A stretch of 64,000 bases of DNA, taken from an uncultured Spirochaetales bacterium (GTDB lineage: Bacteria; Spirochaetota; Spirochaetia; CAZAKE01). Shown here one piece after another: positions 1-7,820 of the stretch; the stretch's first letter is position 1, and each line of letters begins with the position of its first letter. A model generated the notes under the pieces. It was not told the DNA's origin. It saw only the letters and a program-made list of their open reading frames with translations, and searched no databases. The stretch lies in contig CAZAKE010000001.1 of the NCBI GenBank assembly GCA_964485495.1, positions 7,906 through 71,905 on the forward strand. Reading direction: 5' to 3'. Position numbers and translations under genes: made by a program.

Positions 1-1425
1 TCGCTCCCCTGGAACGGACCGGGTTCCGACGAATTCGAACTGACCGACGCACAGGCGGTCCTCGACAAGGACCACTACGGACTCGACGACGTGAAGGAAC
101 GGATCCTCGAGTACCTGGCCGTCAGAAAGCTGAAGAAGGATGCCAAGGGCTCGATCCTGTGTCTGGTGGGAGCTCCCGGTGTCGGTAAGACATCGGTAGG
201 AAAATCAATCGCGACCTCCATGGGCAAGGAGTTTTTCCGGTTTTCGGTAGGCGGGATGCGGGACGAGGCGGAGATCAAGGGGCACCGACGCACGTACGTG
301 GGGGCAATGCCGGGAAAGATCATCCAGGGGCTCAAGATCGTGAAGACCAAGTCGCCGGTGTTCATGATCGACGAGATCGACAAGATGGGAGTATCATACC
401 AGGGAGACCCCTCCTCCGCGCTCTTGGAAGTACTCGATCCTGAACAGAACGTGGCCTTCAGGGACCACTATCTCGACCTTCCCTTCGACATATCCAACAT
501 CTTCTTTATTGCGACGGCCAATACCCTGGATACGATCCCGCGGCCCCTACTGGACAGGATGGAGGTGATTCGCCTCTCCGGATACATCGAACAGGAGAAG
601 ATTGCCATCGCCAAGAAGTATCTCATCCCGAAATCTCTCGAGAAGACCGGCCTGCGCAAGTCACAGGTGAAATACACCAAGGGGGCCTTGAGCAGGATCG
701 CGAACGGGTACGCCAGAGAAGCGGGGATGCGAAACTACGAGAAGGCCCTGGACAAGATCCACAGGAAGATCGCAAAACAGATCATCATCGGAGAGGCACA
801 GCCGCCCTTCAACATGAAGCCTGATAACCTGGAGGAATATCTCGGCCAGCCGATCTTCAGAGACGAGGAGATCAAGAAGGCGACCAACCCCGGCATGGCC
901 GTCGGACTCGCCTGGACGAGTATGGGGGGTGATACACTCCTGATTGAGGCCGTCGACAACCCCGGTAAGGAGGGATTCCGGCTGACCGGCCAGATGGGCG
1001 AGGTCATGCAGGAGTCGGCCAACATCGCCTATACCTACATCCGTCACATCGCCGGTGACTTCGGCATCACCAGGGAGTACTTCGAGAACAATCAGATCCA
1101 CCTCCATATCCCCGAAGGCGCGACGCCGAAAGACGGCCCCTCCGCGGGTATCACCATGGCTGCCTCCCTGCTCTCTCTAGCCAGAAAGAAACGGATCAAG
1201 ACCAATTTAGCCATGACCGGTGAGTTGTCACTGGTCGGGAAGGTCCTACCCATCGGCGGATTGAAGGAGAAAACTATCGCCGCCAGGCGCAACAAGATAA
1301 AGACCATCATCATCCCGAAACAGAACGAGAAGGATCTGGAGGAGATTCCGGACCACATCAAGAAAGGAATCACCTTCAGGCCGGTCGAGACCATGGAAGA
1401 GGTGATCGAGACGGCTTTCGCATGA
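1..1425 (+). CDS. lon: ATP-dependent Lon protease (5'-truncated by window edge)
   Basis: Frame is open from base 1 (SLPW...LDKDHYGLDDVKER). Walker A GAPGVGKT, Walker B IDEIDK, catalytic Ser in PKDGPSAG and catalytic Lys in GGLKEK. Confidence 0.98.
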   Translation, partial: SLPWNGPGSDEFELTDAQAVLDKDHYGLDDVKERILEYLAVRKLKKDAKGSILCLVGAPGVGKTSVGKSIATSMGKEFFRFSVGGMRDEAEIKGHRRTYVGAMPGKIIQGLKIVKTKSPVFMIDEIDKMGVSYQGDPSSALLEVLDPEQNVAFRDHYLDLPFDISNIFFIATANTLDTIPRPLLDRMEVIRLSGYIEQEKIAIAKKYLIPKSLEKTGLRKSQVKYTKGALSRIANGYAREAGMRNYEKALDKIHRKIAKQIIIGEAQPPFNMKPDNLEEYLGQPIFRDEEIKKATNPGMAVGLAWTSMGGDTLLIEAVDNPGKEGFRLTGQMGEVMQESANIAYTYIRHIAGDFGITREYFENNQIHLHIPEGATPKDGPSAGITMAASLLSLARKKRIKTNLAMTGELSLVGKVLPIGGLKEKTIAARRNKIKTIIIPKQNEKDLEEIPDHIKKGITFRPVETMEEVIETAFA

Positions 1426-2288
1426 TGAACAGGATACATAGAATCGGAACGTTGCTTCTCATCGGTTTTTTTCTTTCCTGCTCCGACCGTCAAGCCGCCG
1501 AGGAGCCGGCGCCGCCCTCTCCCGTACATCCGGAGTTCGCCTTGACGCTGCAACAGCTCGAAGGGATGCTGACGGAGTATCCCGAAGAGATCCGATACAG
1601 GGCAACAGACAGGCCGGAGTATTTTCTGGAACTGATGAAGACGCTGCTACGGCTTCCGGAGGAGACGTTGGTTCTCGTAGACAAGGAACACGGCCTCGAC
1701 TCCGAGTATGAACCTTCGGAATTGGTGTCCCTCGACGATTATCCCGTCACCGTCTCCAGAACCGGGTTGTCACTGCGAGCCTCGATACTGCCGGATCTCC
1801 TGGCCATGACCGAGGCGGCGCGACAGGACGGAGTCGAACTGGTATCTTCCTCGACCTACCGCTCCTACTTCTATCAAGCCGGGGTCTATGCACGGAATGT
1901 CGAACAGCTCGGACAGGCGGCGGCGGACCGTGAATCCGCGAAACCGGGACACTCACAGCATCAGTTGGGCACCTGCATCGACTTCGGTTCGATCACGGAT
2001 GCCTTTGCGGCGACACCGGCCGGGAGATGGCTGGCCGAACACGCAGACGAGTACGGATTCTCTCTCTCCTACCCCGACGGGTACGAGGAACTGACGGGAT
2101 ACCGATATGAGAGTTGGCACTTCCGTCACATAGGACGAATCGCGTGCATCGCTCAGAATGAATTTTTCGGCGGGATTCAACAATACCTGCTGACCTTCCT
2201 GCATGAGGAACGAGCCCGGTTGCTGGCCGCGATGCGGTCCGATGTGGGGCCGACGGAGAACGATGGAAGTACTGGCACCGGCGGGTAA
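1422..2288 (+). CDS. M15 family D-alanyl-D-alanine carboxypeptidase (VanY-like), predicted lipoprotein
   Basis: Lipobox-like FFLS-C; motifs STYRSY, ESAKPGHSQHQLGTCIDF (SxHxxGxxxD) and YESWH (ExxH). ATGA overlap with the lon stop. Confidence 0.9.
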   Translation: MMNRIHRIGTLLLIGFFLSCSDRQAAEEPAPPSPVHPEFALTLQQLEGMLTEYPEEIRYRATDRPEYFLELMKTLLRLPEETLVLVDKEHGLDSEYEPSELVSLDDYPVTVSRTGLSLRASILPDLLAMTEAARQDGVELVSSSTYRSYFYQAGVYARNVEQLGQAAADRESAKPGHSQHQLGTCIDFGSITDAFAATPAGRWLAEHADEYGFSLSYPDGYEELTGYRYESWHFRHIGRIACIAQNEFFGGIQQYLLTFLHEERARLLAAMRSDVGPTENDGSTGTGG

Positions 2289-3492
2289 CTGCGAAAAACT
2301 CGAATACGCCTACCGGTTCGGCGCTGATGCGGCCTACATCGGACTCAAGGAATTCAGCCTCCGGTCCAATGCCGGCAACTTCGACCATGACGAAGCCGAG
2401 GCGGTACGGTCAATCAAGGACTCCTACGGCCGGGATCCTCACGGGAGGCCGAAGAAGCGACTCTTCGGCGCGGTTAACTCCTTTTTCCATGAAGACGCCA
2501 TACCTCGCCTGCAGAGTCGGCTGGACCAGATCGAACGGTTTCCCTTCGACGGGCTGATCGTGAGTGACCCCGGAGCCTTCACCGTCTTGCGCAAGGCGTT
2601 CCCGAGCATGAAATTTCACCTGAGCACCCAGGCCAACTGCCTCAACTCCGAGTCCGCGAAGTTTTATCGGGATGTGGGCTTCTCTCGGATCATTCTGGGA
2701 AGAGAAGCCTCACTGTCTGATGTCGAGCGTATCAAGTCCGCCGTACCCGGACTCGAGATCGAGATCTTCGTCCATGGGGCGATGTGTATGGCATATTCGG
2801 GGCGCTGTTATCTGAGCCGCCACCTGACGAGCAGGAGTGCGAACCAGGGAGACTGCGCCCATACCTGCAGGTGGGAGTTTCGCTGGCTGGAGGAACGGGA
2901 ACGACCGGGTGAGTATTTCCCGGTACACGAGGAGGACGGGTACACCACGATCCTCTCATCTCGAGACCTCTGCATGATCGACCACATCAACACGATCCGC
3001 GATGCCGGCATAGATTCGATCAAGATCGAGGGCAGGATGAAATCCGCCTACTACACCGCCGTCGTCACCAGGGCATACCGCAAGGCCGTCGACCGGGCGG
3101 AGGGACACCACGTTCCCGATTTCGAGGCGTTCCGGGAAGATCTGTTGAAGGTGAGTCACCGAGAATACTCGACGGGGTTCTTCTTCGACTCCGAGTCTAC
3201 CAGCGAATCGGCGGCAGGATTCTACATCCAGGAGTTCCTCTATCTCGGCACCATCGGAGAGAGGATCGCTCCGAACACCTACCGCCTCAGGATAAAAAAC
3301 AGGATAGTACACCCCGAGCCCATCGAGTATATCGGCCCGGACGTACCGAAGATCATGGATGACGCATACACGCTTCTTGATCCTGCGGGAAACCCTATCG
3401 CGCAGGCGGACCACAACAAGGAGCAGCTGCTTTACACTACGGCCCCGGTGGAGCCGGGGTTCCTCTTGCGGAAAAAGATCAGCCCCCCTTGA
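2263..3492 (+). CDS. Peptidase U32 family Fe-S protein (TrhP/YegQ-like, probable tRNA hydroxylation)
   Basis: Family-typical start MEVLAPAGN at 2263; GADAAYIG; Cys cluster HGAMCMAYSGRCYLS...NQGDCAHTCRW; SIKIEGRMKS. Confidence 0.9.
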   Translation: MEVLAPAGNCEKLEYAYRFGADAAYIGLKEFSLRSNAGNFDHDEAEAVRSIKDSYGRDPHGRPKKRLFGAVNSFFHEDAIPRLQSRLDQIERFPFDGLIVSDPGAFTVLRKAFPSMKFHLSTQANCLNSESAKFYRDVGFSRIILGREASLSDVERIKSAVPGLEIEIFVHGAMCMAYSGRCYLSRHLTSRSANQGDCAHTCRWEFRWLEERERPGEYFPVHEEDGYTTILSSRDLCMIDHINTIRDAGIDSIKIEGRMKSAYYTAVVTRAYRKAVDRAEGHHVPDFEAFREDLLKVSHREYSTGFFFDSESTSESAAGFYIQEFLYLGTIGERIAPNTYRLRIKNRIVHPEPIEYIGPDVPKIMDDAYTLLDPAGNPIAQADHNKEQLLYTTAPVEPGFLLRKKISPP

Positions 3493-3494
3493 AT

Positions 3495-3562
3495 AACGCA
3501 CAGCCGCCAGGTTCCCCCCAAACTGCCGTCTCGAGACAACCTGTTCTGGGGCTGCGTTTTTT
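3495..3562 (+). terminator. Possible intrinsic terminator (long-loop hairpin plus T6) after the lon-M15-U32 operon
   Basis: aacgca(ca)gcc(g)ccag pairs with ctggggctgcgtt and is followed by a T run. The loop of about 35 nt is unusually long. Confidence 0.35.
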
Positions 3563-3584
3563 CAATTGAGCTTGTGAAAAAGAC

Positions 3585-3866
3585 CTACCACCAACCGAAC
3601 TTCACACCGGCGCGGGTCAGGTACCAGACGAGAACTATGGCGGCAACCACCGTGAAGATGCTGAACCACGCGGCCATACCGCCCCCTTCGGTTCTGATGA
3701 TCATTGCGAAGATGACCGCGACGCCGACACAGAGGATATACCCGACTGTGGCCAATATGCCGTACAGAACGATATCATACGCCAACGAGTGCTGACCGAA
3801 GACAAAGGAAAACGCGAAAGTAATCACGAGCACTATGAAGAAGATGAGATAGTTTCTGGCTTCCAT
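3585..3866 (-). CDS. Small hypothetical membrane protein (93 aa, about 3 TM helices)
   Basis: MEARNYLIFF... preceded by SD AGAGGAG; three hydrophobic stretches; ends in FGWW. Confidence 0.75.
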   Translation of the reverse strand: MEARNYLIFFIVLVITFAFSFVFGQHSLAYDIVLYGILATVGYILCVGVAVIFAMIIRTEGGGMAAWFSIFTVVAAIVLVWYLTRAGVKFGWW

Positions 3867-3880
3867 GTGTTGCTCCTCTT

Positions 3881-3919
3881 TACATACTCGGGCTACATAC
3901 TCGGGCCACATACCCGGAT
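3881..3919. repeat. 13-bp tandem repeat x3 (tacatactcgggc x2 plus degenerate cacatacccggat)
   Basis: Read directly; abuts the SD of the small membrane protein gene. Confidence 0.9.
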
Positions 3920-3923
3920 TTCA

Positions 3924-3972
3924 GTTTCTATTCTACGTTTCTAATCTAGTTTCTAATCTAGTTTCTAATCTA
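3924..3972. repeat. 12-bp tandem repeat x4 (gtttctaatcta x3 exact plus gtttctattcta)
   Basis: Exact copies at 3937, 3949 and 3961; variant copy at 3924; followed by an inverted copy gtagagtagaaa at 3973-3984. Confidence 0.92.
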
Positions 3973-3999
3973 GTAGAGTAGAAATAACCCGTCACAAGA

Positions 4000-4028
4000 A
4001 TTGTATAGCACAATCGAAATCGATGCAA
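4000..4028 (-). promoter_or_regulatory. Predicted sigma70 promoter TTGCAT-N17-TACAAT for the small membrane protein gene
   Basis: Minus-strand -35 at 4028-4023 and -10 at 4005-4000. An ATTGT-N5-ACAAT inverted repeat (4000-4014) overlaps the -10. Confidence 0.55.
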
Positions 4029-4091
4029 TCAATTTTCTCGCTCTCACGGATTTTCTTCGAAATCCCGGGGCGACCGCCGTTATCCGACGAC

Positions 4092-4736
4092 CTAACCGCT
4101 CCGCTGCGCTCTACCGGTCATGGGGACGAACCGTACAGGCAAGATATTCCTCGTCTTGTACGTCTCTCCACCCCTTTCTATCAATAGGAGCTGCTGGACG
4201 CCCCCCGCGTCGCCGATCGGGATGACCATCCTCCCCCCGATACCCAGTTGGGCCAGGAGGGGTTCGGGGATCGAAGGCGGTGCCGCGGTGACGATTATCG
4301 CCTCGAAGGGAGACTGTTCCTCCCATCCGGAATATCCGTCGCCATGCCGAAACTCGACATTCTCATACCCCAGCTTCTTTATCGTGCGCCTGGCTCGACG
4401 GTGAAGGGTCTCCTTGATCTCAACCGTGTAGACCTTCTCCGCCACATGGCATAAGACGGCGGTCTGATATCCGGATCCGGTTCCCACCTCGAGTACCTTC
4501 TCGTCTCCCTGAAGACGGAGGCTCTCGGTCATGAGAGCGACGATGTATGGTTGCGAGATCGTCTGATCGCACCCTACCGGGAGCGGTGTGTCCTCGTATG
4601 CCCGGTCCTCGTATTTCTGCTGAACGAAGCTCTCCCGCGGGACGGTAGCCATCGCGGCCAGCACCATGCGATCCTCGATGCCCCGTTTCTTGAGTTGGGA
4701 GCTGATCATTATTTTCTTCGCTTGTTCGTAATCCAT
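4092..4736 (-). CDS. pcm: Protein-L-isoaspartate O-methyltransferase
   Basis: VPRESFV, QTISQPYIVALMT, VLEVGTGSGYQTA, IIVTAA, VRFVPM. Start taken at MDYEQ; the ORF is open to 4760. Confidence 0.96.
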   Translation of the reverse strand: MDYEQAKKIMISSQLKKRGIEDRMVLAAMATVPRESFVQQKYEDRAYEDTPLPVGCDQTISQPYIVALMTESLRLQGDEKVLEVGTGSGYQTAVLCHVAEKVYTVEIKETLHRRARRTIKKLGYENVEFRHGDGYSGWEEQSPFEAIIVTAAPPSIPEPLLAQLGIGGRMVIPIGDAGGVQQLLLIERGGETYKTRNILPVRFVPMTGRAQRSG

Positions 4737-4773
4737 ATGCATAGTACGAGGGTGCAGCACTCCTGGTCTCGGT

Positions 4774-6291
4774 TCACACTCCGAAGGCCTCTTTTAAAAA
4801 CGGCAGATCGAGCTCGGGGTACACCGGATACCGTTCGAGCAGCGAGGCGACCCGCGCCCGAGCCTCCTCGACAATCTGGGGAGCGAGAACATATTTCGCC
4901 TTGCTGGGTTGGCCGTTCTTCTTCTTCGCGGCCAGCGTATTGGACAATACCAGCTGAATAACATCCGCGATCTCCCGCATCTCCACGGCGCCCATCCCGA
5001 GGGTGGTCACCGCAGGCGTGCCGATTCGGAGGCCGCTGGTATACCAGGGGCCGTTGGGATCGAAGGGCAGGGAGTTCCTGTTGAGCGTGACCCCGCACTC
5101 TCTCAACGCGCTCTCGGCCTGTCTTCCGGTAAGATCGAAGGACCGCACGTCAATCAGGAAGAGGTGGTTGTCGGTACCACCCGTTGCAAGCGTCATGCCC
5201 CGCTGCATACACTCCTCCGCCAACAGGCGGGCATTCTCGACGATTTTGGAAGCATAACCGGCGAATTCGGGTTTCGAAGCCTCCCGCAGTGCCACCGCCT
5301 TCGCCGCCATGATATGCGGGAGGGGGCCGCCGATAACCAGCGGACACCCCTTGTCTACGGCTTCGGCGAATTCCTCGGTACACAGGACCATCCCGCCTCG
5401 AGGGCCTCGCAGGGTCTTATGCGTCGTCGTCGTTACTACGTGGGCGTATGGCACAGGGTTGTTCACGCCGGTGAACACGCCTCCGGCGACCAGTCCGGCA
5501 AAATGGGCCATGTCCACCATGAACACGGCCCCCACCGAATCCGCGATCGCCCGCATCTTGGCGAAATCGATATGCCGGGGGTAAGCGCTATACCCGGCCA
5601 GCAGAATCAACGGCCTGATCTCCCGGGCCATTTCACCCAGCTCCTCGTAGTCGATGAGACCCGTCTCCCGATTCACCGTATAGGTGTAGGCGTCGAACAT
5701 CTGTGCCGACACGTTGTGCCGATACCCGTGTGTGAGATGGCCACCGGAATAGTAGTCGAGACCGAGAAGCCGCTGATTTCCCACTGTGTTCCTGAGAGAG
5801 TCCCAATCCTCCTGTGCGAGTTTGGCAGGATTGGTCTGCCCCATCTCCGCCAAGGCGGGTTCCTCAACCCGCGCGTTCAGGATGGCCCAGTATGCGATGA
5901 GGTTGGCATCCGCCCCGCTGTGGGGCTGCACATACGCATGGTCGCACCCGAAGAGGGCCATCGCGGTGGATGCGGCATCGTCTTCCACCGCATCAACGTT
6001 GTCACAGCCGGCATAAAACCGGTGATACGGGTATCCTTCGGCATATTTATCGGTGAGAAGATTGCCCATGGCCAACTGGGTCGCCAAGGAGGAATAGTTT
6101 TCACTGGCGATGAGCTTCAGGTTGGCGCGCTGGTCCGCCAGTTCGGCTACGATGGAACCGGCAATCTCCGGCGCCGTACGACCGATCTCGGTCAGCGCGG
6201 CGAGATAGGCGATAAACCCGGCGTTCAAGGGCCCGCCCTCTTTGGGTCCGACCTTGGTCTCGAGATACCGCTGTAAGGGGCTTTTGTCCAT
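4774..6291 (-). CDS. glyA: Serine hydroxymethyltransferase (long type)
   Basis: LIASEN, KYAEGYP, QPHSG, GGHLTHG, PLP-Lys motif TTTHKTLRGPRGG, GGTDNHL, SGLRIGTPA. Confidence 0.98.
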   Translation of the reverse strand: MDKSPLQRYLETKVGPKEGGPLNAGFIAYLAALTEIGRTAPEIAGSIVAELADQRANLKLIASENYSSLATQLAMGNLLTDKYAEGYPYHRFYAGCDNVDAVEDDAASTAMALFGCDHAYVQPHSGADANLIAYWAILNARVEEPALAEMGQTNPAKLAQEDWDSLRNTVGNQRLLGLDYYSGGHLTHGYRHNVSAQMFDAYTYTVNRETGLIDYEELGEMAREIRPLILLAGYSAYPRHIDFAKMRAIADSVGAVFMVDMAHFAGLVAGGVFTGVNNPVPYAHVVTTTTHKTLRGPRGGMVLCTEEFAEAVDKGCPLVIGGPLPHIMAAKAVALREASKPEFAGYASKIVENARLLAEECMQRGMTLATGGTDNHLFLIDVRSFDLTGRQAESALRECGVTLNRNSLPFDPNGPWYTSGLRIGTPAVTTLGMGAVEMREIADVIQLVLSNTLAAKKKNGQPSKAKYVLAPQIVEEARARVASLLERYPVYPELDLPFLKEAFGV

Positions 6292-6363
6292 AACACTCTC
6301 CTGTCCCTGGTGTGTGGAGGCTCGTTCCGTCTACACGACCGGAACCCCCTCCGTTCGAATACC

Positions 6364-6438
6364 TGCCCAGGCGCACGACAGGTCTTGAATGGCTCCCCGA
6401 TGGTACTCCATCTTTGATAACAGACGCCAGTCGCCGTT
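6364..6438 (-). ncRNA. ZMP/ZTP (pfl) riboswitch aptamer
   Basis: Minus strand reads GGC-GACUGGCG...GAUGG-AGUA-CCAUC-GGGGA-GCC...GUCGUGCGCCUGGGCA, matching the pfl P1, P2, pseudoknot and P3 elements. It lies upstream of glyA, a canonical target. Confidence 0.93.
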
Positions 6439-6447
6439 TCGGATGTT

Positions 6448-6477
6448 ACTCTACATTGTAATTCACGCTTGATGCAA
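6448..6477 (-). promoter_or_regulatory. Predicted promoter TTGCAT-N18-TAGAGT for the glyA riboswitch leader
   Basis: Predicted start site (about 6440) falls at the 5' end of the aptamer. Confidence 0.5.
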
Positions 6478-6516
6478 GAGTGTCGTCGATCAATCTCCCG
6501 ATTCTACCCGGGACGC

Positions 6517-7791
6517 TCAATCGGACATGGAGTCCGGAAACAGCTGCCGGAGACGACACAGGGCGATGTTGTATTCCTCGCGCAGCGGCTCCAGGATCGA
6601 TGCCCGCCAACGATGAAGCCAGAGGGATGAGACGAACCGTTCCGATTCCCGGACGATCTTCCCGCTGAACTCTCGGCAGCCTTCGAGACTCGATGCCACC
6701 CGATCCAACCGCCGACGCAACGATTCCTTGACTCGTACCGTACCGCCGCCGTATGCGAAGATCAGAGACTCCCTGACCGTACGTACTTCGTACCAACAAC
6801 TCCCCAAGAGCGCGGTCAGATGCCGATAGTCCTCGGCGACCCGTGGCAGCATCGATAGGAACTCGTCGCAGCCGTCGGACGCGACACTCCACTCGCAACG
6901 GGCCGCGGTCGGGTACCGTATCGCCCCCCCGCGGCCGTCGAAGAACCGTGCGGCTTCGGCAAATAACTCATCACGAGAGGGACGATTCCGGAGACAACTC
7001 CCGCCCGATTCTTCCCGAACCGTACACAATACCCATTCGGCTTCGCGATCGCCGAAGAAAATACCCCGTTCCCCTCTCGAATCGGGCACTCGGCTCGTAT
7101 CCTCACCGATCGTATGCTCCACCATCCGGGGAAACCCGGAAAAGCGGCCGGACTCGGCCTTGATGATCACCCCGATGTCGATGGAGGACAGATAGGCGGA
7201 TATTCGGCGTACGAACCGCTCCTGCAGCCGACGGACCCGTTCCGCACCATCAGACCCGCCCTCCGAATCCGGTTTACAGGAATCCAGGTCCACCAGCAGC
7301 GCGTCGGTGTTCGGAAGTAACGAGAGTAGATCGTCGATGAGGTCTTCGAGCATCTTCCCCGCTCCCACGGTATCCACATCGAACACCGGCACTCCCGACT
7401 CGCCGATCGGACCAACATCGGAGCGGAAATGAGCAAACTGCGAGCAGTCGGTGAGAAACGAAAACATCGCCGGCCCCGGTAGAATGGGAACCAGTGTGAT
7501 TCCCTTCTTCGTACAATCTCTTTGAAACTCGTCGATCGCCTGCTCCGGGAGGGCATGAGGCAGTTGAAGGATTGGATCTACCGTCCACGGAAATATCTCA
7601 CAAAAGCTCATGAAGATCGTGTCGATCCGAGCATCAACACAGCCGCGCGTCATCTCAAACAGTTGATCCGGAGAGGGGGGAAACCTCGATCCGTGGACGT
7701 AGTAGCCCCGTTTCGATTCAATTCCCGATCCGGTGTATCGATTTTCGGACGCCGTCCCCTCCGACTGCGTCCCATTATTGTCGGTTGCCAT
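6517..7791 (-). CDS. Hypothetical protein with a degenerate GH20-like (hexosaminidase-type) N-terminal TIM-barrel region
   Basis: GYYVH...IFMSFCEIFPW...LPEQAIDEFQRDCTKKGITLVPIL resembles the GH20 start. The expected HIGxDE catalytic motif reads LLVDLDS. Confidence 0.55.
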   Translation of the reverse strand: MATDNNGTQSEGTASENRYTGSGIESKRGYYVHGSRFPPSPDQLFEMTRGCVDARIDTIFMSFCEIFPWTVDPILQLPHALPEQAIDEFQRDCTKKGITLVPILPGPAMFSFLTDCSQFAHFRSDVGPIGESGVPVFDVDTVGAGKMLEDLIDDLLSLLPNTDALLVDLDSCKPDSEGGSDGAERVRRLQERFVRRISAYLSSIDIGVIIKAESGRFSGFPRMVEHTIGEDTSRVPDSRGERGIFFGDREAEWVLCTVREESGGSCLRNRPSRDELFAEAARFFDGRGGAIRYPTAARCEWSVASDGCDEFLSMLPRVAEDYRHLTALLGSCWYEVRTVRESLIFAYGGGTVRVKESLRRRLDRVASSLEGCREFSGKIVRESERFVSSLWLHRWRASILEPLREEYNIALCRLRQLFPDSMSD

Positions 7792-7813
7792 CTCCCCACC
7801 CTTCCGGTACTAT
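7785..7813 (+). promoter_or_regulatory. Predicted leaderless promoter TTGCCA-N17-TACTAT-N7-GTG
   Basis: -35 at 7785-7790, -10 at 7808-7813, in-frame GTG at 7821. Confidence 0.6.
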
Positions 7814-7820
7814 GCCTATC

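Noticed and set aside
3881-3984. Mini-CRISPR or iteron interpretation of the repeats
   Set aside because: The units are 12-13 bp with no spacers, and there is no cas or rep gene nearby.
4909-6276. 455-aa plus-strand ORF
   Set aside because: Exact antisense shadow of glyA with no motifs; expected from GC-rich third codon positions.
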